Source: Candidatus Spongiisociaceae bacterium (GTDB lineage: Bacteria > Actinomycetota > Acidimicrobiia > Spongiisociales > Spongiisociaceae). Taken from it: DNA of 64,000 nucleotides. How positions within the stretch are numbered: the first letter of the stretch is position 1; the number at the start of each line of letters is the position of its first letter. Location of the stretch: positions 3,616,001-3,680,000 of the forward strand of contig OZ253564.1 of the NCBI GenBank assembly GCA_965262915.1. The letters run 5' to 3'. This document shows, one piece after another, positions 49,110 through 59,541 of the stretch. Both the position numbers and the translations under genes were made by a program. The notes under the pieces were generated by a model. That model was not told the origin of the DNA. It made no database searches and saw only the letters and a list, made by a program, of their open reading frames with translations.

Positions 49110-50746
49110 GGGGTTCTTTGGGGCGCCGTCGGGGTTTTTGGGGTTCTAGGCGGAGTTGGTGGCCCAGCCGGTGGTGGTGTGGGCGAGTCCGAGGTTGATG
49201 AGGCGTCGTAGGTTGATGGCTGCTGTTGGGGTGGTGAGCCATTGCTGGTTGCGGAGGGTTCCTCGGTAGGGAACGCGTCTGGCTTTCCCGCGGGTGAGCC
49301 AGGCGATGGTCCGTTCCACGGACGGCCGCAAGTTCCGGTAGGTGTCCTGCGTTTCGTCTTTGGCCCACCGTGCTTTGTTCGCCGCCCGACGGTCGTGGTG
49401 TTGGTCGACTGTGATGGTCCGTCCACGCTTGGAGGTGGTGCACCGTGCCCGCAGTGGGCAGCCGTTGCACCGCTTCGCGAACGGGGCGGTACCACCGGGA
49501 CGTAGGCGGACGGTGTGCCCGGCGGGACACGTCACCGTCCGTCCTCCGGTGTCGATATCGAAGTCGTCGCGGTGGAACCCGTCCTCGATGTGGGGTTTGC
49601 GCACGATTGGTTTCACCACCGGGGTGTGACCAAGATCGTCGAACGTTTCCAGTGCCGCACCGGACGCGTACGCCGAATCCGCAACGATTTCGGCGCCCGG
49701 GGGTGCTTCGGCAACGAGATCCGCAATGCTGTCGGCGTCTGGGGTGTTGGCAGCGGTTAGGACCGCGGCGGTGACCAGCCCGGTTACGGGTTCGGTAGCC
49801 ACATGGGCCTTGTACCCGTCCCGTTTGTGGGTCCGGGTCTTGTGACCATGCCTGGCTTCGGTATCCACTGTCGATATGGTCCGATCCTTCGCCACACGCC
49901 GAGCTATCCGCCATCGGCCTTCCCGGTGGGGGTCCGGTTCCACATCCTGGCCTGTGACAACTCCCAACAGACCTAGGGCGTCGGCCTGGTCGGGATCCAA
50001 CTTGACGTCCTCGACTGCTTCGATCACCGCTAGACCGTCGCTGACCAAACCGTCCACCAACTCCGAGCGGCTGTCGGGATCAGACCAGTCACAAGACGGT
50101 TTCGTCTTCGATTCGTAGTCATGAGCTACCAGTGGGAGGTCGGCTGCTTCCGGGATCAGACGGCGGCAACGCCTTATCTGGGCTGAGATCATCGTCACCG
50201 TGTCTTGGGTAGCAACCGCGTCGTGGAGGATGGTCGAGTCCAGGGCCCGACGGTCCCTGGTCGCTAACACCCCGGACTCGGTGACTACTTGACGCACCGC
50301 GTCGAAGATACGCTCCGGCTTCTCGCTGGCACGCAACCGGGCACGCCACAACGTCAGCACCGTCGGGTGGAACCCCCCATGGGTCAACGACAGACCAGTC
50401 GCGGCTTTCCAAGCTATATCACGACGCAGCCGCTGTATCGCTTCCCGGTCAGAGAGACACTCCAACGCCTGGAGAACCATCACCGCCCCAATCACCGGAC
50501 CCGGTATCGATGGGCGGCCCCGCGGGCCGAACAGATCGGCGAACATCTCATCGGGAAACAGACGGCGGCGGTTCTCAGCCAAGAACCGGTACACAGACCC
50601 CACCGGAACCAGATGCCACAGATCCGTTGTGTCCAGAAACTCACGATCAAAACGTTCACTACCCTGCATACCACTACAATAATCCCACAACACCTAAAAC
50701 GCGAACCGATCACACCGACAAGGTGACTTAATCAGCAGGCTCCTAG

Positions 50747-51572
50747 ATGATCTGTTCCAAGGTTTTAGTGGTCATATGCGATCAGGGAGCGGGCCGGGCC
50801 GGGCCGTTGGGTGGTTTGGTTGTGCCAGATGACGGCGGTGAGGGCGAGTATGCGCTGTAGTACGCGTACGGCAACACCGGTTCGGGTGCGTCCTCCGTGG
50901 CGTTCGAGCCCGAGTTGGTCTTTGAGGGTGTCGTAGACCGATTCGATGGTTTGACGGAACGCTTTGAGGAGCTGTTTGCCCGCCCGTGGTGTTTCTGTTT
51001 TGGTGGCGGGTCGGATGAGGCTGATCCCAGCCGTCTTGAGGTCTTCCTCAAAGGGGCCGCTCTTGTATCCCTTGTCCGCCATGAGCGTCTGGCCTTGGCG
51101 GGCTATTTGGGCGTGGGCCAACATGGCAGAGCAGATGTCGCGTTCGTCGGCTTTGGCGCCGGCGAGAGCGAACGTGATTGGTAAACCGGACGGTGTGGCG
51201 ACGAGATGGAGACGCAGTCCCCAAAAGTAGCGGGAATGCGACGCGCAGTAGCCGTATTCGGCCCATCCTCCCAGGTCAGAGCGCTGGGCGGTCTGGCGGC
51301 TGCGGCCGCATTCGACCGGGGTGGAATCCACTAGCCACAGATCGTCCCACCAACTCGGGGAGTCTCTGGCCAGCCACCGGATCACATGTTGGAGAAGCCC
51401 GGCGCTGCGGCGCAGCCGCTTGTTGTAACCAGCCCGGGCGGGCAGATAGGGGAACCAGGGTCCCAGATGGGCGTGGGCGTAGCGCAGGAAACGGGCTTCG
51501 GTATCGAATCTGAGCAGCACCTGGATCACCGCTAGGGTGACCAACTCGGCGTCGGACAGCTTGGGTGGAGTT
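50747..51572 (-). mobile_element. IS982 family element, 5'-truncated
   Basis: PKLSDAEL, YNKRLR, LVDSTP, YGYCASHSRYFWGLRLHL, MADKGY, RQTIES. End TTGGAACAGATCAT-CTAG. Confidence 0.85.
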
Positions 51573-52854
51573 GCCCCGCTTCGCGAACGGGGCGGTACCA
51601 CCGGGGCGTATGCGGGTGGTGTGCCCGGCGGGACACGTCACCGTCCGGGCTCCGGTGTCGATATCGAAGTCGTCGCGGTGGAACCCGTCTTCGATGTGGG
51701 GTTTGCGTACGATTGGTTTGGCCACCGGGGTGTGACCAAGATCGTCGAACGTTTCAAGCGCCGCACCGGACGCGTACGCGGAGTCGGCGACGATTTCGGC
51801 ACCCGGGGGTGCTTCGGCAACGAGATCCGCGATGCTGTCGGCGTCTGGGGTGTTGGCAGCGGTTAGGTGAGCGGCGGTGACCAGCCCGGTTTCGGGTTCG
51901 GTAGCGACATGGGCCTTGTACCCGTCCCGTTTGCGGGTCCGGGTCTTGTGACCGTGCCTGGCTTCGGGGTCCACCGTCGATATGGTCCGATCTCGGGCCA
52001 CACGCCGCGCTATCCGCCATCGGCCTTCCCGGTGGGGATCCGGTTCCACATCCTGGCCCGTAACCACTCCCAACAGACCTATTGCGTCGGCCTGTTCGGG
52101 GTTCAACTTTATGTCCTCCACCCCTTCGATCAGCGCCAGCCCGTCGGTGACCAAACCGTTGATCAGTTCCGATCGGCTGTCGGGATCAGACCAGTCACAG
52201 GACGGTTTCGCCTTCGATTCGTAGTCATGGGCCACCAGCACCAGGTCGGCTGCCTGCGGGATCAGACGTCGGCAACGCCTTATCTGCGACGAGATCATCG
52301 TCACCGTGTCCCCGGTAGCAACCGCGTCGTGCAGAATGGTCGAGTCCAACGCACGGCGTCCCCTGTTCGCCAACACCCCACAGGCGGCGACCACCTCCCG
52401 CACCGCGTCGAAGATACGCTCAGGACGGTCACTCGCCCTAAGCCTCGCTCGCCACAACGTCAGCACCGTCGGGTGGAACCCCCCATCGGTCAACGACAGA
52501 CCAGCCGCCGCTTTCCAAGCTATGTCACGACGCAGCCGCTGGACCGCTTCCCGATCCGACAGGCCCTCCAACGCCTGGAGGACCATCACCGCCCCAATCA
52601 CCGAGCCCGGTATCGACGGGCGGCCCCGCGGGCCGAACAAATCCCCAAACATCTCAGCGGGAAACAGACGCCGGCGGTGCTCAGCCAAAAACTGATACAC
52701 CGAACCCTCCGGAACCAACTCCCCACACAGTTCCATAGCGTCCAGAAACTCACGATCACCACGTTCACTACCCTGCATACCACCTACAATAATCCCAACA
52801 AACCCAAAACGCGAACGAGCCAACACCCAACAGACCGACTAAATCAGCAGTCTC
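51573..52854 (-). mobile_element. IS1182 family copy 2, 3'-truncated
   Basis: Near-identical to copy 1 up to TAPFAKR. TIR variant AAATCAGCAGTCTC followed by CTAG. Confidence 0.88.
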
Positions 52855-52930
52855 CTAGCAACCCGATACCACAACTGGCTCCTAAACCACCAACCCGCCC
52901 CGTCACCGATTTGACAACCGTAGGAGCATC
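52855..52930 (+). mobile_element. Right-end remnant of a fourth IS110 (IS110-C-like)
   Basis: Encodes LATRYHNWLLNHQPAPSPI* (IS110-C ends LASQYQTWLLTHQPAPSPT*) and ends GTAGGAGCATC. Confidence 0.85.
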
Positions 52931-54240
52931 CTTGGAATGGGGTTGAGGCCTCGCTGGAATCGGTGAAGTACTAGTTCGCCGGTCCAGGGAGGCCTCGATG
53001 TCTGAGGTTATGTCCGTTCGTCTGCACCTGTGGGGTGTTCGCGTGAGGGGGGTGGGAGTCGATTCTGTTGACCGCCTCGAGGTCGAAGTGGAATCAACCC
53101 GGGAGTGGTCGAGGTGCCGCCAGTGCGGGTTCAAGTGTCGACGGGTCTGGGACAGGAGACCGAAGAGGGTTCGTGATCTTGGGGTGAGCGGCCGCCGTAC
53201 AACGCTGGTGTGGAGGCGTCGCCGGTTCGAATGTGGGAACTGCGGGGAGCGGCACCTCGAGGACCACGACCAGTTCGCCGGTGGTCTTACCCGCCGGTTC
53301 GCCCGTCGTTTGGTTCAGGATGCGAGGGTGATGTCGATTCGGGCAGTGTCCCGCCATCACGGGGTTGGGTGGCATCGGATCATGGGCCTGGTCCGCGCGG
53401 AGGCGGCTCAGGTGGCGGAGCGTCGCCGGGCCCGGCTCTGTCGGGTGTTGTTGGTGGACGAAACGTCGATACGGCGCCGGCATCGGTATGTGACCGTGGT
53501 GGCGTGCGGTGACAGCGGCAAGATCTTGGCGATGATCCCAGGCCGTACGAAAGGGTCCCTGTCCAGGTTCTTTAGGGATCAAGGGGCCTGGTGGTGCCGG
53601 CAAGTGGAGATAGTTGTCAGCGATGGGTCCCGTTCATACCAAGCTGCCATCGCGCAATACCTTCCCGGTGCCCGCCATGTGCTCGACCGCTTTCACGTCG
53701 CCCGCTGGTTCACCCAAGGCCTCACCCTGGTGCGAAGAGAGCTCCAGCGCCGCGACCCCGATCAGCGGCCACCAACATACGAACCTGACCTGTTCCGAGC
53801 CCGCTTCACCCTGCTGCGGCGGGCCGATCATCTCACAGGCGCCCACCAGAGCCATCTCGACCGGATCTTCGACGCCCATCCCCGTCTCCGAACCGCGTGG
53901 GACGCGCTCCAAGAGCTATACCAGTTCTACGAAGCCGAAGACCTCGACGGGGCCAACCAGGCCCTAGGACGGTTCGCTGACCTCTACGCCACAGGCCAGA
54001 TACCCGAATACCAACAGATCGTCGACACCATCATCGCCTGGGGAGCAGAAATCCTGGCCTACCACACCAGCAGACGAGCCACTAATGGACCCATCGAAGG
54101 GATCAACAACCTCCTCCAGGTCCTACGACGAGTCGCCCACGGGTTCACCAACTATGACAACTACGCAGCCCGGGGAATCCTTGTAACATGAGCCCCACAC
54201 CGAGCGCCAGCACAGCCAAAACCCACGATTTCGCGCAGCC
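52931..54240 (+). mobile_element. ISL3 copy 2 with intact transposase 52998..54191; outer left end missing
   Basis: Zn-finger C..CG / C..C, VDETSI, VSDG, LDRFHV, TNGPIEGINN. Right end TCGCGCAGCC. Confidence 0.92.
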
Positions 54241-54463
54241 CCGTAAACAAGCCGGCTTGGGTAGAGCTGTCTCATCGGCGTGCTCTGGAATAGCGGTCCG
54301 TGTCACGCCAAAGTGAGGATCGAGGCTCTTTGAGGAAGGTTCGTCATCGTAGGATGCGGAGCCGGCAGTCTCCACAGGGTCCTCCTTTCGGATGTGAATT
54401 AACTCAGCACCCGATTATGGAGGACCCTCCCTCACATTCGATGGATTCCCAACTCCCCGCTTA

Positions 54464-55778
54464 GCGCGAAAACGTGGGTTGGGTGGGGTGAAATCCTTGG
54501 TTTGGGGGTGAGGCCTCGCTTCGGTGAAGTAGCAGTTCGCCGGTCCAGGGAGGCCTCGATGTCATGTCTGTTCGCCTGCACTTGTCGGGTGTTGGGGTGT
54601 TGGAGCTGGTCGATTCAGCCAGGTGGGGTCGGCTCGGGAGTGGTCGCGGTGCCCGCACTGTGGGTTCCGCTGCTCCAAGGTGTGGGACCGGCGAGCGAAG
54701 CGGATCCGTGATCTTGGGGTGAGCGGCCGTCGTACCACTCTGGTTTGGCGCCGCCGACGGTTCTGGTGTGGGAACTGTGAGGAGCGTCACCTCGAGGAGC
54801 ATGCCCAGTTCCAGGCCGGGTTGACTCGCCGGTTTGCCCGGCGCCTGGTCAAGGATGCGAGGGTGATGTCGATTCGGGCGGTGGCCCGCCATCATGGGGT
54901 GGGCTGGCATCGGATCATGCGGCTGGTGAGAGCCCACTCCGAGCGGGTAGCGAAGCGTCGCCGCGCCCGACCCGCTCGGGTGCTGTTGGTGGACGAAGAT
55001 GTCGATACGGCGCCGGCACCGGTATGTGACCGTGGTCGCTTGTGGCGATTCCGGCAAGATGCGTGGTGATGATCCCGGGCCGTACGAAAGGGTCCCTGGC
55101 CAGGTTCTTTAGGGATCAAGGAGCCTGGTGGTGCGAGCAGGTGGAGATAGTCGTTTCCGACGGTTCCCGCTCATATCAGGCAGCCATCGCGCAGTACCTA
55201 CCCGATGCTCTTCACGTTCTCGATCGTTTTCATGTCGCCCGGTGGTTCACCGAAGGACTCACCCTGGTGCGGCGGGAACTGCAACGCCGTCCCCCCGATC
55301 AGCGGCCCCCAACGTTCGAGCCGGACCTGTTCCGAGCCCGCTTCACCCTCCTGCGGCGGGCGGATCATCTAACCGAAGCCCACCAAGCACACCTCGACCG
55401 GCTGTTCGACGCTCATCCCCGTCTCCGAACCGCCTGGGACGCGCTTCAAGAGCTCTACCAGATCTACGAAGCCGACGACCTCGATGCGGCCAACGAAGCG
55501 CTGGGACGGTTCGCTGACCTCTATGCCACCGGACAGATCCCCGAATACCGCGACATCGTGGACACGATCATCGCGTGGGGAGAAGAGATCTTGGCCTACC
55601 ACAGCAGCAGACGAGCATCCAACGGGCCCATCGAGGGGATCAACAACCTCCTCCAGGTCCTACGCCGCGTTGCTCACGGGTTTACCAACTACGACAACTA
55701 CGCAGCCCGAGGAGTTCTCGTAACATGAGCCCCGCACCGACCACAGGCAGCGCCCGAAACCCACGAAATCGCGCAGCC
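54464..55778 (+). mobile_element. ISL3 copy 3, several frameshifts
   Basis: Same ends and protein pieces (54623..55069, 55042..55728). Confidence 0.9.
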
Positions 55779-55844
55779 TCCTTATTTCCGAAGAACTGGT
55801 TATCCTTGACTGACACGGTTTTCTTCCATTTCAAGGAGTAAGAA

Positions 55845-56567
55845 ATGACCAACGACTGGAGAGATCTTTCTTCGCGGCTCACCGATCTGCTCGAACTGGA
55901 GCATGCCCCCATCGCCATAACGTTCTCGGAGGCGGCGACCGCTTCCGATAGTGGAATTTCGCCCTTCGGAGGCCCTTTGTCGGAACCCACGCCCGACGGG
56001 CGATCAGGCGCGGTGCCGGCGCCCTGCGTTTTTTGGATGCAAGCCCACACCCGCACTTTCTCCACCGCTCCCTCCGATCACGGCAACTGCTCGGTAGGTG
56101 AATACACCCACGGCCTGGTGGAAGCAGCCGACATTTTGGAAAGAGAAGACGTGGGCGCCCTCCTGGAGGTTGGTTGGGTCACCATGGAGGCTTTTGCCGG
56201 GGTGGCGGCCCTGGAGCGCCGTCCCCAGTCGATCATCTACGGCCCCCTTGCTGATACCGGCCACGACCCTGATGTCGTCCTCCTGAGACTCAGCGCTCGC
56301 CAAGCAATGGAACTGGGTGATGCCGTTTCATTGCATCTGAGCGGAAAACCGCAGTGTCAGATTCTTCCCATCGCCATCGACCAGGGCAAGGTAGCCCTGT
56401 CCATGGGATGCGCCTTGTCGAGGGCACGGACCGGAATGGGCGACGATGAACTCACCTGCGCCATTCCCCCCGGACAGCTTGCGGAGATAGTGGCGAACCT
56501 GGTAGGTGTGGTGGGCGCCGACAAGCAGGTGGTGGGCTACGCTCACGCCGACGCCGCCCGGTTCTGA
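55845..56567 (+). CDS. DUF169 family protein
   Basis: L.LEHAPIAI.F, conserved Cys pattern (PC, NCSVG, PQC, SMGC..SR), PDVVL, DEL..AIP. RBS AAGGAG. Confidence 0.8.
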   Translation: MTNDWRDLSSRLTDLLELEHAPIAITFSEAATASDSGISPFGGPLSEPTPDGRSGAVPAPCVFWMQAHTRTFSTAPSDHGNCSVGEYTHGLVEAADILEREDVGALLEVGWVTMEAFAGVAALERRPQSIIYGPLADTGHDPDVVLLRLSARQAMELGDAVSLHLSGKPQCQILPIAIDQGKVALSMGCALSRARTGMGDDELTCAIPPGQLAEIVANLVGVVGADKQVVGYAHADAARF

Positions 56568-57087
56568 ATACCTGACCTTCCCGGTCATCTGACGCGGGGA
56601 AGGAGGAATCACGCTGGGAAATGGCCAAACCGGGCATTTGGCCAGCCTCTGCGCCTAGCTTGACAGCTCCCGAAAGAGGGGGGTGGGAAAACGCGGGGTG
56701 ACTCTCACCCCGCCCAGCCACTCTTCCAGCCCTTGGGCGCGCAAAGCCGCGGCTTGACGCTCTTCTGGGCACACGATTTACAAGCGATGGTGGACTGGAT
56801 TCACGCTACGGGCCGAAGATGAAACAGCCAGACCTGAAAGCTCCTCCTCATCCAGAACCGACCAGAACCCCTCAAACTGGAGTCGAACAGGAGCGGACAA
56901 TAGGCATCAGTTCCAGGAGCGGTTAGAAAATACTGCTGTCGTCGCTGAAGCCAAACGTCACCCATCACACAGCCCACCATGGTGCCGGCACCTACCCCGT
57001 GCCCTCACACCCGCTGGCCAGCAATGCTGTCACTGACGAGGGTCCGCTAGCTGCGGCGCCTTTCGGTCTTAGTGGGAGAGTTCACAA

Positions 57088-57660
57088 CTAGACGTGTAAT
57101 TCATCACACAGCGCTAGCATCAGCATATGGATACGGTCGAATGATGCTGACGTTAGAGTCACGTGAGTTCCATCAAGGTGATAGTAGGGTGCCATCATCT
57201 TTGCTTCCCCTATACGCCACGCTGTCTCTGACTCGGGGAACCGTGACCAACAAAGCTCCGACGACATTTGCCGCTCGAAGGCGCGGACCCCGTCCGTGCA
57301 TGCCTGTCTATGGAGTTTGCTTAGGTCTCCGCCTTCATGTACGACCGCATTCCTGATGCAATACAGAACGCTAAACTCTTCTTGAGGTAGAGAACTACAG
57401 TTCTTCCATGCTTTCGGACCTAGGATACTTTCAGCAATAGCAAACGACATCATGAGAAATGCCGCCGCGTGGAGATGAGTCCACAACCTACGAAGGTCGT
57501 CTCTAGTCGTATCGTCAAGATTGAGAAAAGAAGGTAAACGATCGAGTTCCCGCTCTGTCGCATCTCTAAGAGTCGCGAATAGGTCAGTTATAAGCTGGCT
57601 AGTATCCCAGTCAGATGGCATGTTGATCTTCATTAAGTGCCTCCTTGCCGTCTTTGCCAC
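57088..57660 (-). CDS. Hypothetical protein with HEPN-like Rx4H motif
   Basis: Helical sequence with YCIRNAVVHEGG. Confidence 0.55.
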   Translation of the reverse strand: MAKTARRHLMKINMPSDWDTSQLITDLFATLRDATERELDRLPSFLNLDDTTRDDLRRLWTHLHAAAFLMMSFAIAESILGPKAWKNCSSLPQEEFSVLYCIRNAVVHEGGDLSKLHRQACTDGVRAFERQMSSELCWSRFPESETAWRIGEAKMMAPYYHLDGTHVTLTSASFDRIHMLMLALCDELHV

Positions 57661-57766
57661 CCGAGGTTACGACCTCGGATCGGTCGATCGTGTTAGGGCC
57701 TTCGGGATCGCCCAAGGAGTGTCGCGTGAACATGCTCAAGAACCGGCGAGCGCTGGGCACTCGTGG

Positions 57767-58117
57767 TCAGGCATCATCCGAATCTTCAGGTTGGTCGCGG
57801 TAGTGAGTTTCTTGGAGCAACTCGCCGCGAGTAACTGCTGTATCAAGCGCGTTTGCAAGGGCTCCGGGGTCAATCTCAAGCTCGGTTGACAGATCCTCCG
57901 CTGTCATGGGTGTATCCTCTCGCAGGACCGTCTTTGCTCGGCTGATGAGATCAGCCATTGCCTCCTCCTCGGCCTCCTGCTGATCGTGCACCTCAGCGAG
58001 AACCACGATCGCATGGTCCATCAGAAGGAAGATCTCTTGCTGTTGTACAAGAGCGACGTTCTGGTCGAAGACTACGTGATCCGCTGAATCAGGGAGTTCG
58101 CTGACCGCATAGATCAT
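57767..58117 (-). CDS. Small acidic protein with possible C-terminal winged helix
   Basis: PMTAEDLSTELEID...LANALDTAVTRGEL. Start uncertain. Confidence 0.45.
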   Translation of the reverse strand: MIYAVSELPDSADHVVFDQNVALVQQQEIFLLMDHAIVVLAEVHDQQEAEEEAMADLISRAKTVLREDTPMTAEDLSTELEIDPGALANALDTAVTRGELLQETHYRDQPEDSDDA

Positions 58118-58340
58118 CAGGCCGCCTGTGACATTCGCTAATGCGATGAGCGAGCACTGCGCCGGGTCGACAAGGCCCGCGCTGCCTGGGCTCCGCACCG
58201 GGGAGGTCGGCGGGCGGACGGTGCGGTGGTTCGTGGCGGCTCTCCCCCTCTACGAGCCCGGTGGGTCGAGGCCTTGACACGACCTCAAACCGCCCAGAAC
58301 CGGCTCAGAACGTTAACCGACGTAACGCATAAGGCGGTCC

Positions 58341-59541
58341 CGCGCGGAAACATGGGTTGGGTGGGTTGAAATCCTTGGAATGGGGGTGAGGCCTCGCTGG
58401 AATCGGTGAAGTAGCAAATCGCCGGTCCAGGGAGGCCTCGATGTCTGATCTTATGTCTGTTCGTCTGCACCTGTCGGGTGTTTGTGTACGGAGGGTGCTG
58501 GTGGACGCGGTTGACCGCCTCGAGGTCGAAGTGGAATCGACCCGGGGGTGGTCGCGGTGCCCCCATTGCGGGTTCCGCTGTTACAAGGTGTGGGACAGGA
58601 GAGCGAAGCGGATCCGTGATCCTGGGGGTGAGCGGCCGTCGCACGACCCTGGTGTGGCGACGACGCCGGTTCTGCTGTGGCAACTGCGGGGAGCGGCACC
58701 TCGAGGGCCACACCCAGTTCCAGGGCGGTCTCACTCGTCGGTTCGCTCGTCGCCTGGTGGCAGATGCGACGGTGATGTCGATTCGGGCAGCTTCCCGCCA
58801 CCATGGGGTGGGGTGGCATCGGATCATGCGCCTGGTAAGCGCCGAGGCAGCTGGGGTGGCGGAACGTCGCCGGGCCCGGCCGTGCCGGGTGCTGTTGGTC
58901 GACGAAACATCGATCCGTCGCCGGCACCGGTATGTGACCGTGGTCGCCTGTGGTGACAGCGGCAAGGTCCTGGCGATGATCCCAGGCCGCACGAAAGGGT
59001 CTCTGGCCAGGTTCTTCCGCGATCAGGGAGCCTGGTGGTGCCGCCAGGTGGAGATCGTCGTTTCCGACGGGTCCCGCTCATATCAGGCTGCCATCGCCCA
59101 GTATCTGCCCGATGCTCGCCACGTGCTGGATAGGTTTCATGTGGCTCGCTGGTTCACCCAAGGTCTCACCCTCGTGCGCCGAGAGATACAACGCCGTCCC
59201 CCTGATCAGCGTCCCCCGACATATGAGCCGGACCTGTTCCGAGCCCGTTTCACTCTGCTACGCCGAGCCGACCATCTCACAGACGCCCACCAGGCGCATC
59301 TGGATCGGCTGTTCGATGCTCATCCCCGGCTGCGAACCGCTTGGGGCGCTCTCCAAGAGCTCTACCAGCTCTATGAAGCCGACGACCTAGAGCAGGCCAA
59401 CGAGGCGCTGGGACGGTTCGCTGATCTCTACGCCACCGGTCAGATACCCGAATACCGCGAGATCGTGGACACCATCATCGCCTGGGGAGCACAGATCTTG
59501 GCCTACCACAGCAGCGCCCTACCCCACGAAATCGCGCAGCC
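58341..59541 (+). mobile_element. ISL3 copy 4, frameshifted, with a 3' internal deletion
   Basis: Same leader and protein. The sequence jumps from LAYHSS directly to the right end CCCACGAAATCGCGCAGCC. Confidence 0.9.

Larger units (their letters stand above)
47532..50742 (-). mobile_element. IS1182 family copy 1 (transposase 49146..50669) carrying IS110-C in its 3' non-coding end
   Basis: Perfect 14-bp TIR GAGCCTGCTGATTA / TAATCAGCAGGCTC with CTAG on both sides. GRPSIP..LSDREA, LDST, ADSAY, CPAG, C..CPLRARC, R..VERTI. Confidence 0.9.

Noticed and set aside
51276-52826. A full-length 516-aa IS1182 transposase
   Set aside because: The last ~100 aa are out-of-frame IS982 sequence past a deletion junction.
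57030-57070. Hammerhead ribozyme suggested by CTGACGA followed by a stem
   Set aside because: The required GAAA after stem II is missing.
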